NCBI GenBank assembly: GCA_050949055.1
Contig: JBMNFA010000001.1
Location: 11,116-75,115, forward strand
DNA: 64,000 bases
Direction of reading: 5' to 3'
Source of the DNA: Bacillota bacterium
Lineage (GTDB): Bacteria; Bacillota; UBA994; UBA5500
In this document: positions 52,135-62,950 of the stretch, piece by piece
Layout of the letters: the number at the start of each line of letters is the position of its first letter
How positions within the stretch are numbered: the first letter of the stretch is position 1
The notes under the pieces: generated by a model
The model's input: the letters and a program-made list of their open reading frames with translations, nothing else
The model's database searches: none
What the model was told of the DNA's origin: nothing
Made by a program: the position numbers and the translations under genes

Positions 52135-53607
52135 TCAGTCGAGCAGGACCTGCACAGTTATCTTGCGCTCTTGGGCATTCCATGTTACCTGGGCACCCAG
52201 GTTTTCTGTCACAAACCGCAGCGGCACCATGGTGCGGTCATTGACCAGGGTGGGGGCCAAAGTCAACTCCACGGCTTGGCCGTCCACGAAAGCAGTGGTT
52301 CGGTCGATGAACACCTGAACTCGCTTGTCTCCCCGCTGGAAGATCACACCCCGCTCAGCAGCTAACCATTGCACATGGGCATCCATCAGATCCGCCAATA
52401 CGCTCAGAGGGAGCATCGTGGTGCCGCTCTCCAGATATGGGGCTACATCCATGGCCAACTGCTGCTGGTTGGCCAGATAGGTGGTTCGATACAGCCAGAA
52501 TTCAGCCAGCCGAAATTCAGGAATCACAAACTGCCACGACAAGGAGTCCAATAATGGTGGTGGTTGTTGCTCGCCGCCCTGGCCGATCAGCACCACCTCG
52601 ATCCGGTGTGCACCCAACGTCAGCGGCTCTGTCGGCTGGGCAAAGACGAGGTTTTTGGCCAGGTCGCATTGAAGAGGCAACGGCTGGCCATCGATAGCCA
52701 ATGAGGACCTCTCCAGGTCCACCAGACTGGCATCTGGCACCGCCAGTTCGATGGTCGGTTGGCGACCCAGCCGCACCGTCTGGGCCGGATCCTGGGTCAC
52801 CCAGTGGTTGATCACTACAACGGATGCTAAGGAAATGTGCCCACTGGGGCTGATGGTAAAGGCCTGCAATGAATTGACCAGGCCATCGCTCAGGCGCATG
52901 GATTGGCTGACCTTCCCGTCTTGATCGGCTGCCACCGCCTCCTCGGACGTGCCAAAGTAGACCGGGAAGAACGGTTCTGTATGTACTTCCATCGTCAGGT
53001 AAGGCTCTTGCCCGTAATACTCGCTGCCTGAAACAGGACTGACCACCGAGATGGCAGCCGGTGCCTCGGCATTGGGCTCTAGGTTCCCTGAGACAGTGAC
53101 CTGTAAGGTGAGGGACGGTGCTTCTACCAGCGGTTCAGTCGGCAGGTCTGCCTGCGCCATTCCGGGTGTCAGGAACAGCAGTACATCACCGGCAGCAACC
53201 TCCAGCAACATGCCGGTGCTGCCACCTGACTGAGCGATCACTTCGCCGTGCAGCTGAGACGGCAGGCCATCCTCCGACACCCCGTTGATGATGGAGAACT
53301 GCAGCAACAGCCGGGGGTCCATCTCATCCACGCACAGCTCCCAACTGAGGGGGCCTGCCTGCAGCACGCTATAGCGCAAGAATGCCGATTGTCCCAGCGA
53401 TAGTTTGAGGTCAGCAACTGTATTCTGGACGGCTGCGGTCTCCGCTTCTTCGCCCACCGGATCCTCTTCTGGAGTCACGCTCTCCTCAGTCTCTGTGTTT
53501 GGTGCTGGTGGGGGATTTTCCCCTGGCTCAACTGCCCGCGCAGGGTTTGCAGCAGCCAGACAGACCAGCACCAGCAACATCAGAATAGTCATTTTCTTCA
53601 CTTTCAT
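52135..53607 (-). CDS. Secreted protein with C-terminal copper-amine-oxidase-N (stalk) domain
   Basis: Signal peptide, APYLESGTTMLPL, RTMVPLRFVTENLGAQVTW. Confidence 0.85.
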   Translation of the reverse strand: MKVKKMTILMLLVLVCLAAANPARAVEPGENPPPAPNTETEESVTPEEDPVGEEAETAAVQNTVADLKLSLGQSAFLRYSVLQAGPLSWELCVDEMDPRLLLQFSIINGVSEDGLPSQLHGEVIAQSGGSTGMLLEVAAGDVLLFLTPGMAQADLPTEPLVEAPSLTLQVTVSGNLEPNAEAPAAISVVSPVSGSEYYGQEPYLTMEVHTEPFFPVYFGTSEEAVAADQDGKVSQSMRLSDGLVNSLQAFTISPSGHISLASVVVINHWVTQDPAQTVRLGRQPTIELAVPDASLVDLERSSLAIDGQPLPLQCDLAKNLVFAQPTEPLTLGAHRIEVVLIGQGGEQQPPPLLDSLSWQFVIPEFRLAEFWLYRTTYLANQQQLAMDVAPYLESGTTMLPLSVLADLMDAHVQWLAAERGVIFQRGDKRVQVFIDRTTAFVDGQAVELTLAPTLVNDRTMVPLRFVTENLGAQVTWNAQERKITVQVLLD

Positions 53608-53820
53608 CAGCAACGTCCTCCTTAGCACTGTCTGACTGTTGTTATTCGACAGAGAGATAGCGCTTCCTTCCGCCTATTGCCAAGAGGGCACCATGATCCG
53701 CGAGCCGCGGACGGCGATTAGACTCGCTGCACGCTGTTCAGGCAGGCTAACTGCTCGGACTCTGCCTACTCCCAGTAGGAAGAGGGGCAAGCTGGCCTGA
53801 TTAGCGGGCCTACAGTCCCA

Positions 53821-54909
53821 TTACACTACCCGAAAGCGCCAGGTAGACCCATAGCCGGAGATCAGCACCGCGTGAAAGCGGCGGTCTCCCGGCTGATAGG
53901 AGACATACACGTGAAAATCGCCTGGTGCTACCTCCACTATCTGTTTGATCACAGGTTGCGCGTCGACTTCGAAGTTGTAATACAGCACCATAGTCTTGAC
54001 TTGCTCGTCATCCAGCAATTCCGCCAGCATCCCCTGACCGCTCGCCGGAACCTGAGCTGGTGCGCAGTCACCCTTCCAGCGAGACAAGTGGCGCTCTACC
54101 GGGTACTTCCCCAACGCCTGGGAGGCAAACAGGGTGCCTGCTTGGTCGACGAAGCATACTCCCCGTAAGTCTTTCAGCTGCTCGCGCTCCAGCAGGACGG
54201 CGTCGGCAGGGAAGCTAGGCGGGGCAGCAGGGTCGAACTGTCCTGGCGCAGCATAGTCCACAGCGATCCGCAACCAGTCGCCCACAATGGCCGTATCCAC
54301 GATCTGCAGCCTGTGTCCGTTGCTGGGGCGTTGTCCCCAGGCGGCTAGCACCATCGCCTGCCGGTGCCAGTCGATGTCCCAAGCACCAGACGTGTAGACC
54401 CGGAAATCGGGCGAACGATAAGCCACCGGCAGGATGTACCTGGTGAACGGCAGCGTTCTTCCATCTGCTTGGGCAATATGCCCTGGCACCAGCAAGTCCA
54501 TCTGGCCCGGAAGACTGGGCTTCAGCAGCTTGATCAGCTGGGATGTCTCTTGCCCCAGCTGCCGCGGGTTCTGGTAATCGCTATCAGTCACCAGCCCCTG
54601 CTCCCAGAAGACATAGTAACGGTAGATGCGGTGACCCTCTCGTGCGATCAACTCGTGGCTGACCACGTAATGTCCCGGCTGTGAAGCGATATCCACCAGG
54701 GTGAAGTATTCTTCCGCTTGACGCAAGTCTGACAAAACGGTGGTCACCTGCTCGGCCGATAGCTTGACCTGCTCATGGGTCTGCCTGTAGTGGATGGTCA
54801 ACTCGTCTACGCTGGTCGGCGCAAAGGCAAACATCCAGCCGCTGGTAGCATACATTGCGCCAACAATAATGGACGCCAGAAAGCTCAGCGCTAATAGCAT
54901 TCTCCTCAT
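53821..54909 (-). CDS. Membrane-anchored protein with a PrcB-C-like domain
   Basis: N-terminal TM and an AAWGQRPSNGHRLQI motif. Confidence 0.6.
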   Translation of the reverse strand: MRRMLLALSFLASIIVGAMYATSGWMFAFAPTSVDELTIHYRQTHEQVKLSAEQVTTVLSDLRQAEEYFTLVDIASQPGHYVVSHELIAREGHRIYRYYVFWEQGLVTDSDYQNPRQLGQETSQLIKLLKPSLPGQMDLLVPGHIAQADGRTLPFTRYILPVAYRSPDFRVYTSGAWDIDWHRQAMVLAAWGQRPSNGHRLQIVDTAIVGDWLRIAVDYAAPGQFDPAAPPSFPADAVLLEREQLKDLRGVCFVDQAGTLFASQALGKYPVERHLSRWKGDCAPAQVPASGQGMLAELLDDEQVKTMVLYYNFEVDAQPVIKQIVEVAPGDFHVYVSYQPGDRRFHAVLISGYGSTWRFRVV

Positions 54910-55167
54910 CCGGCGATCACCCCGATTGCAGTGTCTTCTAGTGCAGATTATGTTGGCCCGAGGAGACATATGTAATGGCACAACAGTCGGCTGTCCGTCG
55001 TCAGCGTGTCTCTGCCTGGCCAGGGCAAGCTATCAGCGTTGTTTTGACAATCGGCGGCAGGAGATGGGTGGGCAGAGGCAGAATAGGTGAATACTAAGTG
55101 TGTTCATCTAGCCTGCCAACTCTCACAGGGATGGCGTTGGTGAACCGATAGAGGAGTGAACTTCTGA

Positions 55168-55494
55168 ATGAAGATGGATCGTGAGCAAAAGGCACTGTAT
55201 ATGCAAGCGATGTATCACAAGGATCTCAGCGAGCGCTTTATGCGAGCATCAAAGACCATCCTGATCGGCTCCGTCTTTTTGTGGTTCATCAAGATACCTC
55301 CAGCCTATTTTGGCTCGATGATGGGCCTCGGGGTCTTGCTGTTTGGCATCGGATACTGGCTGCGCCGCACCTATTGGATTTGCCCTTCCTGCGACGCCAA
55401 TCTGCCGAGCAACATGCCCGCCTGGCAGCTGGAGCGCTGCCCCAGCTGCGGACTGATCCTTGATGAGCAGAAGAAGTCTCAGAAAAAGTCATAG
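55168..55494 (+). CDS. Small membrane protein with C-terminal zinc ribbon
   Basis: Two TMs followed by CPSC..CPSC. GAGGAG RBS. Confidence 0.75.
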   Translation: MKMDREQKALYMQAMYHKDLSERFMRASKTILIGSVFLWFIKIPPAYFGSMMGLGVLLFGIGYWLRRTYWICPSCDANLPSNMPAWQLERCPSCGLILDEQKKSQKKS

Positions 55495-55515
55495 TCTACA
55501 TAAGTAAAATAATCA

Positions 55516-55544
55516 AGACGGTCAGGACTCGGTCCTGACCGTCT
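55516..55544. terminator. Bidirectional terminator
   Basis: AGACGGTCAGGAC / GTCCTGACCGTCT between convergent genes. Confidence 0.7.
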
Positions 55545-55555
55545 ATCTTAAACTG

Positions 55556-56890
55556 CTAATGGCCGCCGAGCAGCATGGAGGCCAGCCAGAAGTAGCAAAG
55601 CAGCGCTAAAGCATCGACGATGGTGGTGATCATTGGTCCCGCCATAATCGCTGGGTCTAGCCGCGCAGACTTGGCCAATATGGGTAACAAGCCACCGATC
55701 AGCTTCGCCAACATGACCGTGGTTAACAAGGTGATGCTGACCACAGCTGCTACTTCCACAGCATAACCTTCCACCAACAGGATGCGAACGAAATTGACCA
55801 AAGCAAGACTGACGCCGACCATCGCTCCCACGCCAAGCTCCTGCCGCATCACTTTGAACCAGTCACGCAAGCTGATTTCGCCCAGCGCCAATCCGCGGAT
55901 GATCATTGTCGCTGACTGAGAGCCGGCATTGCCGCCGGTGTCCATCAACACCGGGATGAACACAGCCAGAGACACTATCTGCGACAGGATTCCTTCAAAA
56001 CTGCGGATGATCTGCCCAGTAAACGTGGCGGAGACCATCAACACCAACAGCCACGTCAAGCGTTGACTGGCCAACTTGAAGGTTGAGGACTGCAGGTAGG
56101 GGGCTGCCGGCGGTGCCATCGCCGCCATGCGATGGATGTCTTCAGTTGCCTCTTCATCCACGACCTCCAGGATGTCGTCGCCGGTGATAATCCCCTGCAG
56201 CACACCTGCTTCATTAACCACTGGCAGTGCCAATAGGTGGTAGTGCCGGAACAAAGCTGCTACCGACTCTTGGTCGTCATCCGGCTTCACGGCAATCGGA
56301 TTCTCGTGCATGATTTGCCAAATGGGTGTGTTGGGCGGAGCTAACACCAGTTCCCTCAGCGAGAGCACGCCCCGCAAGCGGTTGGCCCGATCTGTCACAT
56401 AGACATAGTAAGCTGTCTCGGCTTCTCTAGCCTTCTCCCGCACGCTGGTCAAAGCCTTGTCGGTGGACCAGTTGGGCCGTACGGCCAAGAATTCGGTGGC
56501 CATGATGCCGCCGGAAGAGTCCTCGTCATAGGCCAGCAACTGACGCAACTGCTGCTGATCAGTCAATTGAGCCAGAACCTGTTCCATCAACTCTGGAGGT
56601 AGTTCGGCCAACAGGTCAGCGGCGTCGTCACTGGACATCTGGTCCACAGCCGCCACCGCGGTGGCAAGCGGCAGGTCGGCCAGTAAAGAGGCAGCCTGAG
56701 TATACTCCATCTCCTCCAGCACCAAAGCAAAGATGGTGGGAGAGAGCACCTTGGCTACCCGCACCTGTTCATCTCGAGCCAGTTCGGACAGTGCTTCTGC
56801 CAGGTCTGCCGGCAACAAGTCTTTAAACAGCTTGATCAAATCTTGGTCGTCGGCGTCCGCGATCTGCGTCAGTAGTCGGGGATCAAGCAT
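55556..56890 (-). CDS. mgtE: Magnesium transporter MgtE
   Basis: DDAADLL, CBS pair, EEATED, GGNAGSQ, DPAIMAGPMITTIVD. Confidence 0.96.
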   Translation of the reverse strand: MLDPRLLTQIADADDQDLIKLFKDLLPADLAEALSELARDEQVRVAKVLSPTIFALVLEEMEYTQAASLLADLPLATAVAAVDQMSSDDAADLLAELPPELMEQVLAQLTDQQQLRQLLAYDEDSSGGIMATEFLAVRPNWSTDKALTSVREKAREAETAYYVYVTDRANRLRGVLSLRELVLAPPNTPIWQIMHENPIAVKPDDDQESVAALFRHYHLLALPVVNEAGVLQGIITGDDILEVVDEEATEDIHRMAAMAPPAAPYLQSSTFKLASQRLTWLLVLMVSATFTGQIIRSFEGILSQIVSLAVFIPVLMDTGGNAGSQSATMIIRGLALGEISLRDWFKVMRQELGVGAMVGVSLALVNFVRILLVEGYAVEVAAVVSITLLTTVMLAKLIGGLLPILAKSARLDPAIMAGPMITTIVDALALLCYFWLASMLLGGH

Positions 56891-56931
56891 GGGCACACCT
56901 CCCCTGTTGGGGGGCGAGGCTAAAGTGATTA

Positions 56932-57075
56932 AACAAAATAAGCGCCTCCCTTTTTATGGATCAGGAGGCGCAGACAAGCCAAGCGCAGACTAAACCAAGG
57001 AATAGCGGCGCACTCCTGATCCCGTTTTAGGTTTTGGGTCGTAGGAACTGCCACTGTCCAACTTGTTTCACCTCA
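56932..57075 (-). promoter_or_regulatory. Leader peptide (56990-57061) with terminator/antiterminator upstream of mgtE
   Basis: GAGGTG-7 nt-TTG, 23-aa ORF, terminator GCGCCTCC..GGAGGCGC-TTATTTT, competing GGATCAGGAGTGCGC. Confidence 0.65.
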
Positions 57076-57251
57076 CTAGAAATAAGTCTGTGCATTTCCA
57101 CCCGTATACATGTTACGCTCGCCGGTCCGGTTTCGTCAACAGTTGATGGCATTTGGCGAAAAAAACCGACAAGCCGAGATAACAGCTGATTCTGGCTGCT
57201 GGAGGCAGAAAGCGAGTGTTTTCGCTGTGATCGGGTGATCAAGATGCTAGC

Positions 57252-57312
57252 TTGACAAAAGTCGGGCATCCGCATATGATGATTATACGGTAGAGATACC
57301 CCCAGGGGTATC
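57252..57312 (+). promoter_or_regulatory. SigA promoter and CsoR-type operator
   Basis: TTGACA-17 bp-TATGAT and the palindrome GATACCCCCAGGGGTATC (57295-57312). Confidence 0.8.
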
Positions 57313-57346
57313 CCGCAAGTGAGCATTCAATCGAGGAGGGGTCGAC

Positions 57347-57667
57347 ATGTTGAACGTAAACGACAGTACATTTAGGCAAGAGGTGCTGGAGCATGACGGC
57401 GTGGTGTTGGTCGACTTTTGGGCGGCCTGGTGTATGCCCTGCCGGATGCTTAGCCCAATCATCGACCAGTTGGCCGAGGAGTATCGAGGACGCGTGAAGG
57501 TGGTTAAGGTGAATGTGGATGAAAACCAGCTGCTCAGTCAGCAGTACGGGATCATGGCCATTCCCACTGTGATGCTGTTCAAAGGCGGTAAGATGATGCA
57601 GCGCATCCCAGGGGTGTTGCCGCTGGCCCATCTGAAGAGAATGGTGGACCAGGCGCTGGCTGCCTAG
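57347..57667 (+). CDS. trxA: Thioredoxin
   Basis: VDFWAAWCMPC, IPT. Confidence 0.93.
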   Translation: MLNVNDSTFRQEVLEHDGVVLVDFWAAWCMPCRMLSPIIDQLAEEYRGRVKVVKVNVDENQLLSQQYGIMAIPTVMLFKGGKMMQRIPGVLPLAHLKRMVDQALAA

Positions 57668-57668
57668 C

Positions 57669-57956
57669 ATGCCATCATCGTTTGATCAGGCGGTCCTGCA
57701 CAAGATTGTGCCCGATCTGACCCTCAGGTTACGCCGCATCGCTGGGCAAGCGCAAGGGATCGAGCGGATGTTGCTGGAAGGAAGGGATTGCGACCAGATT
57801 GTCAACCAAGTGGCGGCGTTGAAGGCCGCCGTGGAACAGGTGGGAGTGAGCGTCGTCGGTTGTCTGATGGAGAGCGCCATCAGAGAAGCGATGGAACAGG
57901 GCGCAGATACCCGCGACGCCATAGACAGGGCCAAACAATTGTTGAGGAGGATCTAG
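57669..57956 (+). CDS. CsoR/RcnR-family repressor
   Basis: RLRRIAGQAQGIERML..RDC..Q.AA. Confidence 0.9.
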   Translation: MPSSFDQAVLHKIVPDLTLRLRRIAGQAQGIERMLLEGRDCDQIVNQVAALKAAVEQVGVSVVGCLMESAIREAMEQGADTRDAIDRAKQLLRRI

Positions 57957-58090
57957 CTGGCGTTGCCAGCTGCTCCTGAAACGGACAGCCTCCAAAGTAG
58001 CGATGCTACCCAGGAGGCTGTTTTGCTTGCCGGAGCAGGAAACAGGGGCTACGGAAGCAAAATAGGTAGAACAGAGTATAAGGGAAGGAG

Positions 58091-58657
58091 ATGGGTGACA
58101 TGATCTTTGACGCTCCCGGCCAAGAGAACACCGCCAAAGCTGTGCAAGCTGCTGTGGAACGGGCGAGACAGCTGGGGATCAGGCAGATTGTGGCTGCATC
58201 CTATCGAGGGACGACCGCCAGGGAGTTGCTACCCTATGCCCAGGAGTTCGACATCGTCATCGTCGGGCAGGTCTACGGCTTCCGCGGTCTGCACGAGGAG
58301 AACCCCATGACCGAGCCAGTAAAGGCGCAACTGAAGGGAGCCGGCCTGCAGCTGTTGTTCGCTACCCATGCCCTGTCCGGGGCGGAGCGCAGCCTGAGCA
58401 GCAGGTTCAGCGGCATCTACCCGGTGGAGGTAATGGCACACACCCTGCGCATGTTCGGCCAAGGCACGAAGGTCTGCGTGGAGATCAGTTGCATGGCTAT
58501 GGATGCCGGCCTGATCGCCCCCGGACAGGACATCGTAGCCATCGCTGGCACCGGTAAGGGAGCCGACACGGCACTGGTGCTGAGGCCAGCCCATACCCAA
58601 CGGGTAATCGAGACCAAGATTCAGGAGATCATCTGCAAACCGCGGCTGGTGGACTGA
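58091..58657 (+). CDS. Pyruvate kinase C-terminal-like domain protein (uncharacterised)
   Basis: PGQENT, HALSGAERS, LRMFGQGTKVCVE, GTGKGADTA, IICKP. Confidence 0.85.
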   Translation: MGDMIFDAPGQENTAKAVQAAVERARQLGIRQIVAASYRGTTARELLPYAQEFDIVIVGQVYGFRGLHEENPMTEPVKAQLKGAGLQLLFATHALSGAERSLSSRFSGIYPVEVMAHTLRMFGQGTKVCVEISCMAMDAGLIAPGQDIVAIAGTGKGADTALVLRPAHTQRVIETKIQEIICKPRLVD

Positions 58658-58660
58658 GGT

Positions 58661-59584
58661 CTATCGCTGCACCAGGGTGAGCACGATCGGAATGGTGATG
58701 AAGCAGGCAATTGTCGTAGCCAACACTCCTAGCGCTGTCTTGCGGGAGTCCCAACCGTAGCGATCGGAAAGCACGATGGAGCGAACGACGGTCGGCATAC
58801 TGGCCATGATCACCAGCACCTGCCGCAGGGAATCGTTCAGGCCGAGCAATGAAGCTGCTACGGCGGCGATAGCCGGGGAGATGATCAGCTTACCCAGCAA
58901 AAGCGCCCCCGTTTCTCTGCTGCCAGTGCCTTCCTTGAGGCGAATGTCGGCCAAGGAAGCTCCGGTGAGCATCAGCGACAAGGGAGTGGTCAGTCCGCCC
59001 AGCTGACTGATCGGGTAGCTAAGAAACACCGGCAGCTGCAACTGGGCCAATCCGGCCAGGGAGCCAAGAATCAACCCGACGAAGGTGGGGTTGAGCAAGT
59101 GGCGCAGATCCCTGACCGAGAGGGACTTTTGGCCGGAGAGCATGGCCACCCCCAGCGTCCAGAATACCAGGTCGGATCCGATGGTATACAGCAGTACGGT
59201 GCTCGCCGTCTCGGCCCCAAACAGGGCGGTGACCATGGGCAGCGCCAGGTAGATGTTATTGCCAAACATATTCATGAAGGACACCAGCGGGCGCTCCTGT
59301 GGTGCGGTATGAAATAGCATCCCCAACAGCCAAGCGACGCCGCCGTTCAAAATGGAGAGGCCGGCACCAAAAACCAAAGGATAAAGGCTGGTGCCCAGCA
59401 GCTCCCTGGTGATGCTGCCATACATGGAATTGAAGACCAATAGCGGCAGGGTGAAGGAAAAGACCAGCTTGTTCAATCCCGCGCGCATCTTCGCGTCGAT
59501 GTAGCCAGTTTTGGCTAAGCCGGCTCCTGTCAACATCATCAGTACCAAGGCCAAGAGATTATTGTAGAGCTTGATCAGCAGCAT
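58661..59584 (-). CDS. AEC-family transporter
   Basis: About 10 TMs, LPLL, GN..LP, NP, MP motifs. Confidence 0.88.
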   Translation of the reverse strand: MLLIKLYNNLLALVLMMLTGAGLAKTGYIDAKMRAGLNKLVFSFTLPLLVFNSMYGSITRELLGTSLYPLVFGAGLSILNGGVAWLLGMLFHTAPQERPLVSFMNMFGNNIYLALPMVTALFGAETASTVLLYTIGSDLVFWTLGVAMLSGQKSLSVRDLRHLLNPTFVGLILGSLAGLAQLQLPVFLSYPISQLGGLTTPLSLMLTGASLADIRLKEGTGSRETGALLLGKLIISPAIAAVAASLLGLNDSLRQVLVIMASMPTVVRSIVLSDRYGWDSRKTALGVLATTIACFITIPIVLTLVQR

Positions 59585-59737
59585 GTCGTCGCCTCCGAGA
59601 TATTTGTGCCGTTCTAATCATAGCCCATTGCCGCTGGCTCGTAAATGATTGCTCCATTCGGCAGCGCCATGGGAAGATTTACTGTGCTGTTCAATTGGGT
59701 GGAGTAAGCCGGATTTTTGGTACAGGATTAGGCAGCG

Positions 59738-59766
59738 TTGACAGTGGCGCAACGCCGTTATATAAT
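59738..59766 (+). promoter_or_regulatory. Consensus SigA promoter for leuS
   Basis: TTGACA-17 bp-TATAAT. Confidence 0.85.
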
Positions 59767-59786
59767 TCTTGCCAAGCGAATCAAAC

Positions 59787-60020
59787 CGAGCGATGATCGG
59801 GAGTAATAACCAAGCGCTGTCGGCACAGAGAGCCGCCACTGTTGCTGCAAGGCGGTCCGACAGGTTGGCCAACTCGCCCGGGAGCTGATCTGTTGGCGTG
59901 ACAACAGATCCGTTCGCCGCGTTAAGGCTGAGAGTGGAGTCGCGCAATGCGGCTCAAGCGGAGTGGTACCACGGAAGCAGGCCTTTCGTCTCCTCAGGGG
60001 ATGGAAGGCTCTTTCTTTTC
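59787..60020 (+). promoter_or_regulatory. Leu T-box riboswitch
   Basis: GCGATGA..AGTA, CTC specifier near 59873, T-box GAGTGGTACCACG, terminator. Confidence 0.9.
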
Positions 60021-60095
60021 CACCCTGGGCGAGGCGGACTAATCAGGGCGAGACGGTTTGGTCAGGGGACACGACTGAAAAGGGGCGATGATCCA

Positions 60096-62552
60096 ATGGG
60101 CAGCTATTCCACCAAAGTAGACGCAAAATGGCAACAGATCTGGGAAGAGACGAAGCTCTATTCCTTCCAGCCCGAGAGAGTAGACAAGAAATTGTACTGT
60201 TTGGAGATGTTCTCCTATCCATCCGGTGCTAATCTCCATGTAGGACATTGGTACAACTTTGGGTTGACCGACTCCTGGGCCAGGATGAAGCGCATGCAGG
60301 GCTACGAGGTGTTCGAGCCGATGGGCTTTGATGCCTTTGGGTTGCCGGCAGAAAACTATGCAATCAGGACCGGCATTCACCCTGAGGACTCGACCATGAA
60401 GAACATCGCCACTATGGAGAAGCAGTTGCAGGCCATGGGCGCAATGTTTGACTGGGACTATGAGGTGATCACCTGTACGCCCGACTATTACCGTTGGACC
60501 CAGTGGCTGTTCCTGCAACTGTACAAGGCCAATTTGGCTTACCGCAAGCAGGCCCCTGTCAACTGGTGCCCCAGCTGTAACACAGTGCTGGCCAATGAGC
60601 AGGTACACGACGGTTGCTGTGAGCGTTGCGACACGGAAGTAACCAAGCAGAATCTGACCCAATGGTTCTTCCGGATCACCGCTTATGCCGACGAGTTGCT
60701 GGAGCAACTGGATAATATCAACTGGCCAGAAAAGACCAAACTGATGCAGCGCAACTGGATCGGCAAGTCGGTGGGGGCGGAGTTGACCTTCCAGGTGCAA
60801 GGCCAGGACCTGTCCTTCACCGTCTTCACCACCCGTGCTGACACTCTGCTGGGAGCTACCTACGCTGTGCTGGCACCTGAACACGAGTTGGTCAGTCGCA
60901 TCACCACCACAGAGCAGAGGGCACAGGTGGAGCAGTATCAGGAGCAGACCAAGAGGCAGAGCGAGATCGACCGACTGTCTACAACCAAGGAGAAGACGGG
61001 GGTATTCACCGGCGCCTACGCGGTGCATCCGATCAGCGGCCAGCCGATACCGATTTGGATTGCTGACTACGTGTTGGGGTCGTACGGTACCGGGGCGGTG
61101 ATGGCTGTTCCTGGACACGATACCCGCGACTTTGAGTTTGCCAAGAAGTACGGGCTGCCCATCACGCGGGTAGTGAGGGCTGCTTCCGAGTCAGTGGATG
61201 ACCAGCTGCCCTTTACCGATTATGGCATTCTGGTGAACAGCGGGCAGTTTGATGGTCTCACTTCGGATGAAGGCAAGCAGCGGATTGTGGAGCATCTGGC
61301 CGCTGCCGGCAAGGCGGAATTCCGCACCAACTATCGGTTGCGGGATTGGCTGGTCTCCCGCCAACGCTATTGGGGAGCACCGATCCCGATCATCCATTGC
61401 GAACATTGCGGCACCGTTCCGGTGCCAGAGGCGGATCTTCCGGTGCTCTTGCCCTACGATGTGGAATTTACTCCTGATGGGCAATCGCCGTTGGCTAGAT
61501 CGGAGCAGTTCATCAACACCACTTGTCCCGAATGTGGCGGTCCCGCCAAGCGGGATCCGGATACGTTGGACACCTTTGTCGACTCGTCCTGGTATTTCCT
61601 GCGCTATCCCGATAACAAGAACGACCAACAGCCCTTCGATTCAGAGTGGATCAATCGGATGCTGCCGGTGGACATGTACGTGGGCGGGCCAGAACATGCC
61701 TGCATGCACCTGCTCTATGCGCGCTTCATCACCAAGGCACTGCGAGACATGGGACACATCAATTTCAGCGAGCCCTTCACCAACCTGGTGCATCAGGGGA
61801 TCATCCTGGGACCCGACGGCATGCGCATGAGCAAGTCCCGCGGCAACGTGATCTCTCCGGACGGGTATATTCGAGAACACGGGTCCGATGTCTTCCGCAT
61901 GTATCTGCAATTCGGCTTCAACTATACCGAAGGCGGCCCCTGGAGCGACGACGGCATCAGGGCAATCGCTCGCTTTGTGGATCGGGTGGAGCGGTTCGTG
62001 CAGCGCACGCTGGAGCTGCGGGAAGCTGGTCAGGGGGTGGATCGCTTCGGCAAGCCAGAAAAGGAACTCAACTATGTACGGCACTATGCCATTCGCGGGA
62101 TCAGCGAAGACGCCAGCAAGTTCCAGTTCAATACGGCCATTTCGCGGCTGATGGAGCTGACCAATGCTCTCTACCGTTACGATAACGAGCACAATCAGAA
62201 GAACCTCACTTTCCTGACGGAAGTGATGAACGATCTGATCCTGCTGATGGCACCCTTCGCACCCCATTTTTCGGAGGAAATGTGGTCTGTCCTGGGCAAC
62301 GAATACTCGGTCTTCAATCAGAAGTGGCCGACTTTCGATCCAGCCGCCCTGGTGCAGGACGTGGTGGAACTGGCGGTCCAGGTCAACGGCAGAGTGCGGG
62401 ACAAGATTGAGGTCAGTTCCGACGCCAGTGAGGAAGAGATCAAGCAGGCTGCCCTGGCCGCTGAAAAGGCGCAACCCTATCTGACCGGACGGCTGGTGAA
62501 AAAGGTAGTGGTGATCAAGGGCCGTCTGGTGAACATCGTGGTGGGCAGCTGA
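60096..62552 (+). CDS. leuS: Leucine--tRNA ligase
   Basis: MFSYPSG..HVGH, FTTRADT, SRQRYWG, RMSKS, QVNGRVR. Confidence 0.98.
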   Translation: MGSYSTKVDAKWQQIWEETKLYSFQPERVDKKLYCLEMFSYPSGANLHVGHWYNFGLTDSWARMKRMQGYEVFEPMGFDAFGLPAENYAIRTGIHPEDSTMKNIATMEKQLQAMGAMFDWDYEVITCTPDYYRWTQWLFLQLYKANLAYRKQAPVNWCPSCNTVLANEQVHDGCCERCDTEVTKQNLTQWFFRITAYADELLEQLDNINWPEKTKLMQRNWIGKSVGAELTFQVQGQDLSFTVFTTRADTLLGATYAVLAPEHELVSRITTTEQRAQVEQYQEQTKRQSEIDRLSTTKEKTGVFTGAYAVHPISGQPIPIWIADYVLGSYGTGAVMAVPGHDTRDFEFAKKYGLPITRVVRAASESVDDQLPFTDYGILVNSGQFDGLTSDEGKQRIVEHLAAAGKAEFRTNYRLRDWLVSRQRYWGAPIPIIHCEHCGTVPVPEADLPVLLPYDVEFTPDGQSPLARSEQFINTTCPECGGPAKRDPDTLDTFVDSSWYFLRYPDNKNDQQPFDSEWINRMLPVDMYVGGPEHACMHLLYARFITKALRDMGHINFSEPFTNLVHQGIILGPDGMRMSKSRGNVISPDGYIREHGSDVFRMYLQFGFNYTEGGPWSDDGIRAIARFVDRVERFVQRTLELREAGQGVDRFGKPEKELNYVRHYAIRGISEDASKFQFNTAISRLMELTNALYRYDNEHNQKNLTFLTEVMNDLILLMAPFAPHFSEEMWSVLGNEYSVFNQKWPTFDPAALVQDVVELAVQVNGRVRDKIEVSSDASEEEIKQAALAAEKAQPYLTGRLVKKVVVIKGRLVNIVVGS

Positions 62553-62773
62553 GTGAGAGTCGAGTGGCGTCAAGACTTTCCTGCGCCGCTATACTACCCG
62601 GTATGTAATCACTGTCTGATGCAGGTTTGTGAACGGATTTGGCAGGTGCCTACCAACCCTCGTCGCTAGGTGGCCTAAGTATTGCTGACAGGCAGGATTC
62701 CCGCCCCTTTGCATAGAATGTTCTCAACATTAGCAGATCCTTGGATTTGCGAGCAGAGAGGGGAGGGTCGCAG

Positions 62774-62950
62774 ATGCCCTCGCACAAGTACAGAGGCAAG
62801 ACGCTGTGGAGCATGCCGAGCAGAGGGAAAGGAACTTGTCCCATCTGTGGGCGCGTCAGCGTGAAGCTGTTATGGGACTCCACTGACCGGGCTGGGAAAG
62901 AGACCAAGGTGTGCAAACACTGTCGCGAATGGAAGACCAGACGGGCATAG
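62774..62950 (+). CDS. Small basic zinc-ribbon protein
   Basis: GGGAGG RBS, CPIC..CKHC, hairpin after the stop. Confidence 0.7.
   Translation: MPSHKYRGKTLWSMPSRGKGTCPICGRVSVKLLWDSTDRAGKETKVCKHCREWKTRRA

Noticed and set aside
56932-57120. M-box riboswitch upstream of mgtE
   Set aside because: Conserved ykoK sequence blocks were not recognised, and a leader-peptide attenuator fits better.
59898-60095. N-terminal extension of leuS
   Set aside because: It overlaps the T-box. ATG 60096 with an RBS gives a normal LeuRS start.
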